Shown here one piece after another: positions 19,057 through 30,808 of a stretch of 64,000 nucleotides of DNA. The notes beneath the pieces are model-generated. The model saw only the letters and a list, made by a program, of their open reading frames with translations. It made no database searches and was not told the origin of the DNA. Every line of letters starts with the position of its first letter. Within the stretch, counting starts at the first letter, position 1. The translations under genes were made by a program, and so were the position numbers. Source of the DNA: an uncultured Chloroflexia bacterium. GTDB taxonomy: Bacteria; Chloroflexota; Chloroflexia; QHBQ01; JADMIH01. The stretch spans positions 640,001 through 704,000 of the forward strand of contig CAWCNY010000005.1 of NCBI GenBank assembly GCA_963797095.1, in the 5' to 3' direction.

Positions 19057-19947
19057 TTAGAGGTTGGGTAGGAGTTTGAGGGGGATGTAGAGGGCTAAGG
19101 CGATGAGGATGGGGTCGTGGCTTAGTTCTACGAGGGTGCGGGCCAGGTTTAGGCCGGGGGCGGTGGAGGCGCGGGAACCTGAGGCGGCAGAGACTAGAGG
19201 GCGGGTGAGGAGGCCGATCAGGAGGGCTGTGCCTATCAGAAGGGCGACCAGGAGGCCGAAGATTACGCGCCACAAAGGTTCGGTGTCGGCGTTGAACATG
19301 GTGAAGGAGAAGAGCACCACGGCTAGGGCTGTTGCGAGGATGAGAGCGATCAGATTGGCGGCGGTGATGTTGGTGCGGCGGCCCAATCGCCTGGTGGCGA
19401 GGGAGAGGGCTTCGAAGACGAGGGGCGGGAGGAGGACCAGGAGGATGAGGGGAGCGAGCCTGTTGGCGAAACTGTTGGCTACGAGCCACATGGCCTGCAC
19501 ACCAACGGAGGAGTAGAGGGCCACGCCCATGACGAGCGCCCAGTCGCGGAGGGCGCGGGGAAGGTCGTGGCGGGGGAGTTGGGCGGCGAGGGTGAGGGCG
19601 GTGACAGGGCCGAGGGCTTCGACGGTGCGTTCAGGACCGATCAGGAGGCCGGGGAGGGTGAGCGCTCCATAGGTGGCGACGGTGAGAAGGGACCAGACCA
19701 GGCGATTACGCCGGGAGCCTTCGAAGAGGTTGTGGGAGGCGAACCCGGAGAGGAGGAAGCCCCAAAGAAGAAGGGTGGCGGGGACGGGGTTGAGGAAACC
19801 CCAGGCTACAAACCAGGAAAGAGGGTTGCCAACGGACATGAGGAGCACGATGGCAACCACAAGGAGGATTTTCCAGGTGAGGGTGATCCAGGTTGCGCGG
19901 GGCGCGGGCGCGCCGCCCATTCTGGCTCTACCGGCGGAGGCATCCAT
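19057..19947 (-). CDS. Polytopic membrane protein in the cdsA position (possible degenerate CdsA)
   Basis: Lies between uppS and dxr; several TM segments; lacks SPxKTxEG and KD..PGHGG.LDR.D. Confidence 0.6.
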   Translation of the reverse strand: MDASAGRARMGGAPAPRATWITLTWKILLVVAIVLLMSVGNPLSWFVAWGFLNPVPATLLLWGFLLSGFASHNLFEGSRRNRLVWSLLTVATYGALTLPGLLIGPERTVEALGPVTALTLAAQLPRHDLPRALRDWALVMGVALYSSVGVQAMWLVANSFANRLAPLILLVLLPPLVFEALSLATRRLGRRTNITAANLIALILATALAVVLFSFTMFNADTEPLWRVIFGLLVALLIGTALLIGLLTRPLVSAASGSRASTAPGLNLARTLVELSHDPILIALALYIPLKLLPNL

Positions 19948-19956
19948 TCGGGACGC

Positions 19957-20784
19957 CTACTTCACGGTAGCGGGATCGAAGGAGACAGAGGCGGCCTGGG
20001 CAGAGATGGCGTCGTTCCCGTTGTACTCATGTATCTCTTCGGGAAGGATGCCGCCAAACTTGCGGTTGCGCCTGCCGTACTCGGCTATGGCCTCTCGGAA
20101 GGAGTCTTTGTCGAAATCGGGCCAGCAGGTGGGGGTTGAGTAGAACTCGGAATAGGAGGCCTGCCAGACGAGGAAATTGCTGAGACGCATCTCGCCGGCT
20201 GTGCGGATGATGAGGTCGGGGTCGGGGATCTCGCGGGTGTAGAGGTGGCTGGAAATGGCCTCTTCGGTGATGTCTTCAGGCTTGACGCCCTCGGCCACGA
20301 GATCGCGGACGGCGCGCACGATGTCATCGCGACCGCCATAGTTGAAGCAGACGCTGAGGATCAGGCGGTTGTTGTGCCTGGTGGTTTCGAGCGCGTAGGC
20401 TATGGCCTTCTGCAAGGAGGGGGGCACGTTTTCCATGTGGCCCAGGTGGCGGATCTGGACGCCCTCGCGGGACAATTCGGGAGTCTCTTTGTGGATCACC
20501 TCGGCCAGGATGCGCATGAGGCCCTGCACCTCACCGCTCGGCCTGTTCCAGTTTTCGGTGGAGAAGGCGTAGACGGTCAGGTATTTGACATCGTTCTCGA
20601 CGCAGGCATGGACTATGCGGCGAATGTTCTCGGTGCCTGCGCGGTGCCCGGCCAGGCGTGGGAGACCGCGCCTGCGCGCCCATCTGCCGTTGCCGTCCAT
20701 AATGATGGCGACGTGCTGCGGCCGAGGATCCAGATGATTTTGGATTTTGGATTTTGGATTTTGGATTTTGGAGATATCGGACAT
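19957..20784 (-). CDS. uppS: Undecaprenyl diphosphate synthase
   Basis: HVAIIMDGNGRWA, FSTENWNRP, NYGGR, PDLIIRTAGEMRLSNFLVWQ. Confidence 0.97.
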   Translation of the reverse strand: MSDISKIQNPKSKIQNHLDPRPQHVAIIMDGNGRWARRRGLPRLAGHRAGTENIRRIVHACVENDVKYLTVYAFSTENWNRPSGEVQGLMRILAEVIHKETPELSREGVQIRHLGHMENVPPSLQKAIAYALETTRHNNRLILSVCFNYGGRDDIVRAVRDLVAEGVKPEDITEEAISSHLYTREIPDPDLIIRTAGEMRLSNFLVWQASYSEFYSTPTCWPDFDKDSFREAIAEYGRRNRKFGGILPEEIHEYNGNDAISAQAASVSFDPATVK

Positions 20785-20949
20785 GGGTCGTTCTACTTTT
20801 GCTCCAAGTTTAGCCTGCCAGAGGATTATATGCGCGTGTCTCTACTGAGATCAACGACTTGAGTGCTTAAAGATTACTCTCTCTACAATTTACGCGGGAG
20901 TTGCCAAAATGGGCGCGTCCGGGAAGACCCAAACCGAAATCCGAAATCG

Positions 20950-21507
20950 CTAGACTTCCATTACCTCGTCTTCTTTGGTCTGACCGACCACCTCGGCTTC
21001 GCGGGTGTAGGTATGCACGAGGGTTTCGAGGCGGTCGTTGGCGCGCTTGTGCTCGTCCTCGGAGATCATCTTTTCGTTCTCCATCTCCTTAAGGTCCTGC
21101 ATGACATCGCGCCTGATGTTGCGGATGGAGACGCGGCCTTCCTCGACCTTGTGCCGGACGGATTTGACCATATCGCGCCTGCGCTCTTCGGTGAGGGCGG
21201 GGATGGGGATGCGGATCAGCCTGCCGTCGTTGGCCGGGTTGAAGCCCTGCTCGGACTTCTGGAGGGCCTTTTCGATTGCGGCCATTGAGCTTTTGTCGTA
21301 TGGCTGCACGACGAGAAGGCGAGGCTCAGGCGCGTTGATCTGGGCTAGCTGGTTTAGGGGAGTGGGAGTGCCGTAGTACTCGACCATGAGACGCTCAACG
21401 AGAGCGGGGGTGGCGCGCCCTGTGCGCACCGATTGCATATCGCGCTTGAGGGCCTCGATGGCCTTTTTCATACGGTCTTCAGCGTCTTTCAATAAGTCAT
21501 CAATCAT
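20950..21507 (-). CDS. frr: Ribosome recycling factor
   Basis: VRTGRA, YYGTPTPLNQLA, PALTEERR. Confidence 0.98.
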   Translation of the reverse strand: MIDDLLKDAEDRMKKAIEALKRDMQSVRTGRATPALVERLMVEYYGTPTPLNQLAQINAPEPRLLVVQPYDKSSMAAIEKALQKSEQGFNPANDGRLIRIPIPALTEERRRDMVKSVRHKVEEGRVSIRNIRRDVMQDLKEMENEKMISEDEHKRANDRLETLVHTYTREAEVVGQTKEDEVMEV

Positions 21508-21534
21508 TCTTTACCCCGTTGTAATTCTAATTGC

Positions 21535-23048
<1,514 letters not shown>

Positions 23049-23159
23049 GTTTGTTGTTCCTCCTGGGATAATAAAATGCCGGTAGTCAAGTGTCGGTAGT
23101 CAGTTGCGGAAGATCCGCTACCGACTACTGGCAACTGACTACCGACAACTTGTGTTTTT

Positions 23160-24161
23160 CTATGCTTCTTCGTCGTCGGGCGAGAAGCTGTACTCACCCG
23201 GCTCGACTGTGTAATCGAAATCTTGCTCGGCGCGCATGGTCTCGCGGCGCTGTTGGCCTTCGATGGCGGCGTCCGCAATCTTGGCGGTGATTACACGGAC
23301 GGCCCTGATGGCGTCGTCGTTGGAGGGGATCACATAATCCACCTCGTCGGGATCGCAGTTGGTGTCGACCATAGCGACGACTATTATGCCAAGCTTGATG
23401 GCCTCTGTGATGGCAATGCGCTCGCGATGAGGGTCGACTATGAAGACGGCGCTCGGCAGGTCGCGCATGTTTTTGATGCCGCCCAGCAGGTTGTTGAGGC
23501 GCACGATCTGCTCTTCGAGCTTGCTGGCCTCGGCCTTCGGTAGGTCGTTGAACTCGCCACGCTCGCGGCGGAACTCGAGGTCCTGTAGGTAGCGAAGGCG
23601 CTCGCGGATGGTGCGGAAGTTGGTGAGCATACCGCCCATCCAGCGTTTGTTGACAAAGAGTTGCCCTGCGCGCTCGGATTCTTCCTGGATGGCTTCCTGG
23701 GCCTGCTTCTTGGTGCCGATGAAGAGAATTCTGTCGCCGCGCGCCACAAGGTCGCTCACGAAGTTCATGGCTGCCTGCAAGCCGGTGACGGTCTGCTGTA
23801 GGTCGATGATGTGGATGCCGTTGCGCTCGGTGAAGATGTAGGGCTTCATCTTGGGGTTCCAGCGCTTGGTCTGGTGCCCGAAGTGTACGCCCGCTTCGAG
23901 GAGGGCCTTCATGCTGATGCCGGTGGAAGCTGAGCCGGCGCTCACGTTGCCGTCGGCTGAGCCGTTCGCCGAGCGCTGTGGCCTGGCGGGTGCTTCGACC
24001 GGTGCTGTTTCGACCGGTGCTGTTTCGACCGGTGCTGTTTCGACCGGTGCTGTTTCGACCGGTGCGGCTTCCGCCACTGGAGCCTGGGCGACAGGAGCCT
24101 CGACGGCGGTGGGCTGTTCTGTATCTACCTGCTGTTCGATGTCACTATCCATAGTTACCAA
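23160..24161 (-). CDS. rpsB: 30S ribosomal protein S2 with N-terminal extension
   Basis: [43 protein letters not shown]; TTG start 5 nt after GGAGG. Confidence 0.97.
   Translation of the reverse strand: MVTMDSDIEQQVDTEQPTAVEAPVAQAPVAEAAPVETAPVETAPVETAPVETAPVEAPARPQRSANGSADGNVSAGSASTGISMKALLEAGVHFGHQTKRWNPKMKPYIFTERNGIHIIDLQQTVTGLQAAMNFVSDLVARGDRILFIGTKKQAQEAIQEESERAGQLFVNKRWMGGMLTNFRTIRERLRYLQDLEFRRERGEFNDLPKAEASKLEEQIVRLNNLLGGIKNMRDLPSAVFIVDPHRERIAITEAIKLGIIVVAMVDTNCDPDEVDYVIPSNDDAIRAVRVITAKIADAAIEGQQRRETMRAEQDFDYTVEPGEYSFSPDDEEA
23994..24065. repeat. 15-bp tandem repeat inside rpsB (APVET units)
   Basis: TTCGACCGGTGCTGT x4 plus a partial fifth unit. Confidence 0.9.
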
Positions 24162-24164
24162 AGT

Positions 24165-24350
24165 TTCCTCCGTTTGTTATGCGTCCGCTGCTTTCATCCC
24201 TCAGGCCACGTACCACGGTGGTACGCACAGGCCATCAAGTCCGGCAGCGTGCTTGATTTGGATTTGCAGCGCTCTCTAAGTAGCTTCATAAAAGTGGCTT
24301 CGTAGAGAATGCCAACAGCCATTATACCACAGGTGGGCGTTGGTCGGCAA
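24165..24350 (-). promoter_or_regulatory. rpsB promoter and structured leader (putative S2 autoregulatory element)
   Basis: TTGCCG-18-TATAAT (extended TG) at 24350-24321; leader hairpin GGCC..CGTACCAC-C-GTGGTACG..GGCC. Confidence 0.55.
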
Positions 24351-24400
24351 ATTCGGTGGGGCGCGCAACAGTTCAGAGTTAGAGTAGAGAAGATACCGGA

Positions 24401-24477
24401 GTAGGGCACCCCTTGTGAGTGCCTGTTTGCGTGCCTAGATCGCTCCCCACTAGGGCATCCATAAAGGGTGCCCCTAC
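24401..24477. repeat. Inverted GTAG-type REP doublet (REPIN-like)
   Basis: GTAGGGCACCCCTTGTGAGTGCC ... GGCATCCATAAAGGGTGCCCCTAC. Confidence 0.65.
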
Positions 24478-24645
24478 TCTTCTTACCCCAAATCTGAACG
24501 CTTACTGGGGCGTGTTATATTATGGGAGTTCTGCCAGCGTTAGCCTTTGTGACGAGTGGACGGGGGATGAGGTAGAGAATAGATACGGACTGTGGTTATT
24601 CGGTGGTTAGTTTGAAGTGGAAGTTAAAGAACAGAGGAGTTGAAG

Positions 24646-25224
24646 GTGAAGAGTGTCAATCCGATTGTCATTGTGGAGTATCGACCGGAATGGGGGGAGG
24701 AGTTCGCGAGGATAGACGCACCTGTGCGGGAGGCGCTTGGGGAGATGGGGCTGAGGGTGGACCACATAGGCTCGACGGCGGTGCCGGGCCTGGCGGCCAA
24801 GGATATTATTGATGTGCAGGTGACAGTGGGTGATTTCACGCCTGAAATGGATGAGGCCTTTCAGCGTGCGGGCTATGGTCGCCTGGAGTATACACAGGAC
24901 CACCGGCCACCCAATGCGACGGGATCGAACCGCGATTGGGAGAAGCGGATGTACCGGCCTACCGGCGCCGGGAGACCGATCAATTTGCACGTGCGCCGAG
25001 CGGGGAGCGCGAATGGGCGCTACGCCCTGCTGTTTCGCGATTATTTGCGGGCGCACCCTATGGCGGCAGCGGCTTACGGACAGGTAAAGATGGCGCTGGC
25101 AGAGCACGGGCCTACCGATTGGGACCTCTATTACGATGTAAAGGACCCGGTGTGCGACATTATTATGGCGGGGGCGGAAGACTGGGCGGCGGCGACACTG
25201 TGGGGTATCGAGTATTACTCTTGA
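24646..25224 (+). CDS. GrpB family protein (nucleotidyltransferase fold)
   Basis: VDHIGSTAVPGLAAKDIID, LLFRDYLRAHP, YGQVK. Confidence 0.9.
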   Translation: MKSVNPIVIVEYRPEWGEEFARIDAPVREALGEMGLRVDHIGSTAVPGLAAKDIIDVQVTVGDFTPEMDEAFQRAGYGRLEYTQDHRPPNATGSNRDWEKRMYRPTGAGRPINLHVRRAGSANGRYALLFRDYLRAHPMAAAAYGQVKMALAEHGPTDWDLYYDVKDPVCDIIMAGAEDWAAATLWGIEYYS

Positions 25225-26468
25225 AAGGCGGGCCGCCAGGCTTCCGGTATTGTTTCTCCGTAGTCTATTTCTATTGCGCCGAGGAAGGTGGCTAGGTCTT
25301 GGATAGCGTTAGCGATGGCTTTGCCCGTGGGGAGGTCTAGTGGTGCGTTCGGCTCGGCGTAGATGTTGTTGATGTTGAGGCGTTTGGTTTTGCGGTCCAT
25401 TAAAGGGTCGATGCGACCTATGAGGCGGTCGTTGTGGAGGATGGGAAGGACATAATAGCCGTATTTGCGCTTGTCTTTGGGGACATAGATCTCGATACGG
25501 TACTCGAAGTTCCAGAGTAGCTCGGTGCGGGCGCGGTCGCAAATGAGGTTGTCGAAGGGGGAGAGGAGGGTGGTGCGGCCCTCCCATTCGCCGCGCTTGA
25601 TTTGTTCGAGGAGGGGGAGGTCTTCGCTGTGGACGTACCAGGGGCCTGCCCACTTCTTGCCTTGCGCGCCCTCTCCGGTGATGTCAACCCGGTGAATGAG
25701 GCCATCTTTCTCCAATTCGGTAAGGACATGGGGGAGGTCCCAGTAGCGGTTGCGGGTGAAGTGCTGGAGGATATCGCGTTTGCGGGCGACTCCGAGGGCG
25801 CGGATGGCACGCTGAGCGGAGCGGGATACCGCTTCGTGGCGGGATAGCTCTTCGCGGGGGGTCCAGTCGGGGAGGACACGCTCGGTGAGGTCCCAGTAGC
25901 GAAGCTGGCTGCGGCGCTCGGCTACCATGATGATGCCCTGCACCCAGAGGAAATCGAGCATACGGTTGATGTTGCGGTCGTTGGTCCAACCACTGGACCA
26001 CCAACTGACGGTGGCTTTTTCCTCGAAGTCTTTGGAGGAGAGGGGACCACGCTCTTGAAGGGAAGACATGACGGCATCGAGAAGGGGCTGGTTGTCTTTC
26101 ATCCATTTACGGATGGAGACGGACCATCCCTGTTCGGCGGTTTGGTGATGGCGCATCTGGAAGCTATGAATGGGGTAGTCTTCGGTGGTGACGATGGCGG
26201 CGGCGTGGGCGAAGTATTCGAAGGTGGAGCGGTCTTGCCAGAGGAGTTGGTCCCAGATGGCGGGGTCGTAGGTGCCGAGTTGGCTCCAGGGCACCAGGAG
26301 GTTGGTGCGGGCTACAGCACTGATGGGATCTAGCTGGACGCATCCGAGGTCGCGGACGAGGTCGAGGAGACCTTCGGCGGTGGGTGCAGGGCGGGAACCT
26401 GCGAGGCGCTGGCGGGTGACGGCGAGGCGGCGAGCGGTGGTGGGGGTGATGGGAAGGGGCTTGTTCAT
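25215..26468 (-). CDS. YcaQ/AlkZ-family winged-helix crosslink-repair DNA glycosylase
   Basis: VQLDPISAVAR, LLSPFDNLI, YRIEIYVP..KRKYGYYVLPIL; probable leaderless start. Confidence 0.9.
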   Translation of the reverse strand: MNKPLPITPTTARRLAVTRQRLAGSRPAPTAEGLLDLVRDLGCVQLDPISAVARTNLLVPWSQLGTYDPAIWDQLLWQDRSTFEYFAHAAAIVTTEDYPIHSFQMRHHQTAEQGWSVSIRKWMKDNQPLLDAVMSSLQERGPLSSKDFEEKATVSWWSSGWTNDRNINRMLDFLWVQGIIMVAERRSQLRYWDLTERVLPDWTPREELSRHEAVSRSAQRAIRALGVARKRDILQHFTRNRYWDLPHVLTELEKDGLIHRVDITGEGAQGKKWAGPWYVHSEDLPLLEQIKRGEWEGRTTLLSPFDNLICDRARTELLWNFEYRIEIYVPKDKRKYGYYVLPILHNDRLIGRIDPLMDRKTKRLNINNIYAEPNAPLDLPTGKAIANAIQDLATFLGAIEIDYGETIPEAWRPAFQE

Positions 26469-26556
26469 GGGGAGATTATAGCATGTATGTTCTATCTTTT
26501 CTACGGCCAAATGGGCGTTGGTTCCAAAGTAAGCTGATCTAGCGGGGTAGGGTGGC

Positions 26557-28737
26557 TTAGCGGGCGCTTTGGCCTGAGGTGGTGCCTCTGTAGATTGTGT
26601 AGCGGGGTTGTTGTTCGGCTATTTTGTAGAGGGATTGGAGGGTTTGGGTGGTGGCGGGGGAGAGGCGGGCGAAGCCACGCTCGTGGACTACTATGAGGGA
26701 GACAAGGGTGGAGCGTTCGAGGAAGTCGGCCTGGGGGATGGGGCTTCGCATTACGGCATAGGGGTCGTCGCCGTGGTCGCCGCGCAGAGAGGAGTCGATG
26801 AGGTCGCCCCAATCGCGGGTGTCGAGGCTGAGGCCGAGGTAGATCATGTGGCCGTAGCTGTCGATCAGGTAGCCGGTGGAGGGGGAATAGCTGGGTGGAC
26901 GGGCTGAGAGTATGTTGAACTGCTCGTCGGAGGAGAGGACGGACGAGCCGGGAGGGACGGCGTCGTTGACGTAGCGGGCAACAATCTCGAAGATGTGGTC
27001 TTCGCAGTGGGGGCAGTCGCGGGTGGTCATGCCGGTCCATTGGAGAACGATGAGGGGTGAACCTACCAGGAGGAGAACCACGAGAGGGGTGAAGGTTGTT
27101 AGTAGGGAGGTGCGTCGGGCAGAAGCGGGAGGCCGAGGGTGAGCAGAGGTGCGGGACGTGAGGCGGCGGAGGAGTCCGGGGGTGAGGCTCAGGCCGGCAG
27201 CGAGGATGCAGAAGGGGGCGGCTAGCTGGATGTAGTAGTGCTGGTAGAAGGAGCGGCTGTAGGTGAAGAGGATGAGGCTGAAGAAGGCCCAGAAGATGGC
27301 GACGCGCCAGGGGCCGAGGGAGCCGCGCAGGTTGGCCCACACCCAACAAGAGAGGACTATGAAGCCGAGAGCGGCCAGGAGCGGGGTGAGGGCGTTGGCG
27401 AGGCTGGAGGTTAGGTCGCCTATGCGGGCGGGGGTATCGACCTCGCCGTCGCTGGGGCGGAGCATCTGGAAGAAGAAGACCATGCGGATGAACTGGGAGG
27501 GGGCGATGATGAGGAAGGGGCCGACGACGACCAGGAAGGAGGCTAGAGCGCCAAGGATGAGGGAGATGAACGAATTCTGGATTTTGGATTCTGGATCTTG
27601 GATCTTGGATTTGTTGGTGCCGAGTTCTGAGTTTGAAGTGGGGAGTGGGGGATCTGGGTCGTCTTGGGTAGGGGTTAGGGTGGAGGGTTGGATGGGGGTG
27701 GTGCGGCGGGTTTCTAGCCAGAGCCAGATCATGTCGGCTAGGATGGCGAGGAGGCAGGCCAGGCCAGCTATTTTGGTGAGGGCACTCAGGGCGGCCAGGA
27801 CGCCGACGAGGAAGAATCCGAGGCGCGGGGTGCGGAGTTTGGAGTGCGGAGTGCGGAGTGCGGAGTGCGGAGTGTTTATTCTGTTGTTTGTTAGGGTGGG
27901 GCGGACCAAGATGTAGAGGAGAACGGCGGCGCATGATAAGAGGACCAGGGGGCCTTCCAGCATTATCTTGCGGTTGATCTCTACTACTCTGCCGTCGATG
28001 GCCCAGAGGCCGCCTGCCAAGGCGCCGCCCCAGAGGCCTGCAAGGAGATAGCCTATGCCGAATAGTAGGGCCAGGGTTATCAGGCTGTAGGCGACGGAGA
28101 GGTAGCGCGCGATCATGAAGGAGGTGGGACTTCCCCATTCGGTGAAGTGGTAGGCCATGGCGGGAGCGTAGGCAATGGCGGCGATGGGAGGGTGGGCGAA
28201 GAAGTAGTCGCGATAGGGGAGGATGCCTTGCAGGAAAAGCTGGGAAGTGCCTGCATAGACGCCTTCATCGTCGTAGGGATAGCGGCTGATGCCGTAGTTC
28301 TGGGGCCATAGCTCGACCATGCGGCCAATGCCACCAATGAGGATCAGCACCAGGAGCAGGGCAAGCGGAATCCAGCGTGATAGGCGTGGGCGTGTGGCTG
28401 GTTGGAGTGGGTGTGGAGGTTGGTCGTCAGGGGTGGGGAGTTTGTTGGAGATGAAGCGGGTCGAGAGGAGGGCAGCGCCGAGGAGCCATGCGGCCCAGGC
28501 CAGCCAGGGGCGGGCGTCGTAGTGAGCTTCGAGGGGGGAGAGGATGCCGAGTTGGAGGGGGGCGTCCCAGGCGACGCTGCCACCGAGCCAGCCGGAGATG
28601 CCTTCAATAAGGAGGGACAGGAGGCGCAAGTTGATGGCGACGCCTAGAGCGCCATAGGCAATCAGGATCGCTGAGATGTAGGGGACGAAGCGGGCAAAGT
28701 AGCCTGTTAGGGGCAGGCTGTACTTCTGCGATTGCAT
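26557..28737 (-). CDS. GT-C (ArnT/PMT-like) membrane glycosyltransferase
   Basis: YDDEGVY, LPYRDYFFAHPP, LTK, HYYIQL; many TM segments; repeat-derived loops. Confidence 0.8.
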   Translation of the reverse strand: MQSQKYSLPLTGYFARFVPYISAILIAYGALGVAINLRLLSLLIEGISGWLGGSVAWDAPLQLGILSPLEAHYDARPWLAWAAWLLGAALLSTRFISNKLPTPDDQPPHPLQPATRPRLSRWIPLALLLVLILIGGIGRMVELWPQNYGISRYPYDDEGVYAGTSQLFLQGILPYRDYFFAHPPIAAIAYAPAMAYHFTEWGSPTSFMIARYLSVAYSLITLALLFGIGYLLAGLWGGALAGGLWAIDGRVVEINRKIMLEGPLVLLSCAAVLLYILVRPTLTNNRINTPHSALRTPHSKLRTPRLGFFLVGVLAALSALTKIAGLACLLAILADMIWLWLETRRTTPIQPSTLTPTQDDPDPPLPTSNSELGTNKSKIQDPESKIQNSFISLILGALASFLVVVGPFLIIAPSQFIRMVFFFQMLRPSDGEVDTPARIGDLTSSLANALTPLLAALGFIVLSCWVWANLRGSLGPWRVAIFWAFFSLILFTYSRSFYQHYYIQLAAPFCILAAGLSLTPGLLRRLTSRTSAHPRPPASARRTSLLTTFTPLVVLLLVGSPLIVLQWTGMTTRDCPHCEDHIFEIVARYVNDAVPPGSSVLSSDEQFNILSARPPSYSPSTGYLIDSYGHMIYLGLSLDTRDWGDLIDSSLRGDHGDDPYAVMRSPIPQADFLERSTLVSLIVVHERGFARLSPATTQTLQSLYKIAEQQPRYTIYRGTTSGQSAR

Positions 28738-28778
28738 GGAGGGATTGTCGCAGAAGCACAGCAAGCTGTCAAATGCGG

Positions 28779-29870
28779 TTATTTGGAGATGGTTACGCTG
28801 CCTAAGCCTGCGTGAACTGTGAGATCGAGTTTGTCAGTGGCATCGGAGTAGCCTCTTGTCACCCACTCGCCGTCACCCTGTTTGATGAAGCGATCATCTA
28901 CGGAGGAGTTGCCTATGCCGGTATTGAGGGAGAGGTGGGCTTGCACGCCATCGGGGATGTGAATTTCCAGATTGCCTATGCCGCCGTCAATAGTTGCAGA
29001 GAGGTTGCCTTGTGGGTGAGGAAATGTGACCGAGGTGTTGCCCGTACCGCTTTGGATAGCGAGATCGGTGAGGTTGAGATTGCCGAGATCGAGGGTGCCG
29101 TTGCCAACGCCAAGATCTGCGTGGAGGGAGGTCGGGAGGTCTGGGCTGAGGTGGATGTTCCAGTGAGGAGACTGGGCAGGGCGGAACCAGCCGAAATTGA
29201 ACCCGTGCTGGTCAAACTCGCTGAGCATAAGTGCAATCTGGTCGCCTTTTGTGTTGACATCGGCCTGAGGGGCATCGCTGTTGGCATAGTAATCGAGGGA
29301 ACCGGAAGCGAGGCTTTCATTGTTGGCGGAGCCATCAACGTTTAGGTCACCAAGACCGAAGTCGATCTCGACGCTGGCCGAGCGGGCGCTGTTGAGGGGG
29401 ATATTCAAATTGTAGGCTGTCAGGTCGCCACGAGTGGCGAAGCCTGCGTAGAGGATGATCGCGCCGCCCACGCCTAGCACGAGCAAGATGAGAAGGAGAG
29501 AGAGGAGGGGCCTGCGCCTGCCGATGATCAGGTCGAGGCCAACGGCGATGAGCGCGAGGGGCCACAAGCGCCAGAGGTCGGCCCAGATGCCCCAGGGAAG
29601 GATGTCGAGATTGTTGAGGAGCAAGACGACGCCCGCAGCGATCAGGATTACGGGTCCGGCCATTGGGGTGCCCATATGGCGTCGCGGAGGCACGGGCTGC
29701 ACATAAGAGGGTTGGGGCGGTGGCAGGGGTTGCGCTCCCTGCGGTTGGTAGGGAGGGATGGGAGGTGGATAATTACCTGTAGGCTGGGTCGGTGCGCCCG
29801 TGGGGTTGTAATCGTTTCGGCGGGCGGACTCCGGCGCGTCGGAAGGTTGGTTTGATGGGGCCTCGTTCAT
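28779..29870 (-). CDS. LiaF/DUF5668 TM domain + Toastrack-like domain protein
   Basis: GVVLLLNNL..WRLWPLALIAVGL; C-terminal G(V/I)GN..L.L beta repeats. Confidence 0.8.
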   Translation of the reverse strand: MNEAPSNQPSDAPESARRNDYNPTGAPTQPTGNYPPPIPPYQPQGAQPLPPPQPSYVQPVPPRRHMGTPMAGPVILIAAGVVLLLNNLDILPWGIWADLWRLWPLALIAVGLDLIIGRRRPLLSLLLILLVLGVGGAIILYAGFATRGDLTAYNLNIPLNSARSASVEIDFGLGDLNVDGSANNESLASGSLDYYANSDAPQADVNTKGDQIALMLSEFDQHGFNFGWFRPAQSPHWNIHLSPDLPTSLHADLGVGNGTLDLGNLNLTDLAIQSGTGNTSVTFPHPQGNLSATIDGGIGNLEIHIPDGVQAHLSLNTGIGNSSVDDRFIKQGDGEWVTRGYSDATDKLDLTVHAGLGSVTISK

Positions 29871-29933
29871 AGGTTTGCCTCTACCTAATGAATAAGGGCG
29901 AGACACGCTCGCCCCTACCACTACAATATCATA

Positions 29934-30491
29934 TTACGCTCTGCGGCGGGTGAGCAAGAGCACGCCCAGGCCGATCAAGAGGAGAGGCCACCAGGCCCAG
30001 ACGAGCCAATGGAATACGCCGATCTTCGATAGCAAGAAGAAGCCGCCAACACAGATCAAGATGAGGGGAAGTATCCCGTACCTGGCACTGGACCCTGAGT
30101 AGGGATGTGCGCTGGGGCCACCGTTGGTGACAGGTCCACCGTTAGGGCCACCGTTGGGAGCGCCGTTCGTGGTGGGAGTGGGATTGCCGTTGGTGGGGGT
30201 CGCTCCACCGTTGCCGCCGTAGCCGCCGAAAGTGCCGCGCACTCGCGCACCCATATCATCGAGGTTCTCGCGGACTACATCGCCGGCGCTGGAAGCCGTG
30301 CTGCCGGCGGTGGGGATCAAGAGCCACATGGCGAGATAGGCAAGAATGAAGCCGCCACCTGTGAAGAGGGTCAGGAGCACGAATACGATCCTGATGATGG
30401 TGGGGTCGATCTTGAAATAGTTGCCAAGCCCGGAAGCCACTCCGCCAAATATGGCCTCACTGGTGCTTCGATAGAGCTTATTGCCGTTCAT
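29934..30491 (-). CDS. PspC domain protein with LiaF-like C-terminal TM region
   Basis: KLYRS....FGGVASGLGNYFKIDPTIIR; WWPLLLIGLG. Confidence 0.9.
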   Translation of the reverse strand: MNGNKLYRSTSEAIFGGVASGLGNYFKIDPTIIRIVFVLLTLFTGGGFILAYLAMWLLIPTAGSTASSAGDVVRENLDDMGARVRGTFGGYGGNGGATPTNGNPTPTTNGAPNGGPNGGPVTNGGPSAHPYSGSSARYGILPLILICVGGFFLLSKIGVFHWLVWAWWPLLLIGLGVLLLTRRRA

Positions 30492-30607
30492 CTAATAACT
30501 CCTCCTGAATGTCGCTCACGTGATACGTGATTTCTTGTTGCCCTGGTAAGCGGGAGCCAGGTCTTGTGTTTCGTTCCTCAGTCCTCAAGCCTCAAATGCC
30601 TGTTGGT

Positions 30608-30808
30608 TTATACGGTAGGGTTGCGAGGTATTACTACGCTTAGGATGATGTAGATTATGAATACCGGGAACAGGCCGGTCACAAACGCCAGCAAGATGGT
30701 GATCAGGCGCACGATGGTGGGATCGAGGTTGAAGTACTCGCCCAGACCACCACACACGCCGGAGATCATAGCGTCCCGGTTGCTGCGGTAGAGCCGCTTG
30801 TAGTCCAT
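30608..30808 (-). CDS. pspC: Small PspC domain protein
   Basis: RLYRSNRDAMISGVCGGLGEYFNLDPTIVR; GGAGG RBS. Confidence 0.9.
   Translation of the reverse strand: MDYKRLYRSNRDAMISGVCGGLGEYFNLDPTIVRLITILLAFVTGLFPVFIIYIILSVVIPRNPTV

Noticed and set aside
26501-28138. 545-aa Arg/Pro-rich ORF and many similar long alternative-frame ORFs (e.g. 18335-19489, 36146-37333, 61820-62818)
   Set aside because: Off-frame or antisense products of GC-rich codon bias overlapping well-supported genes.
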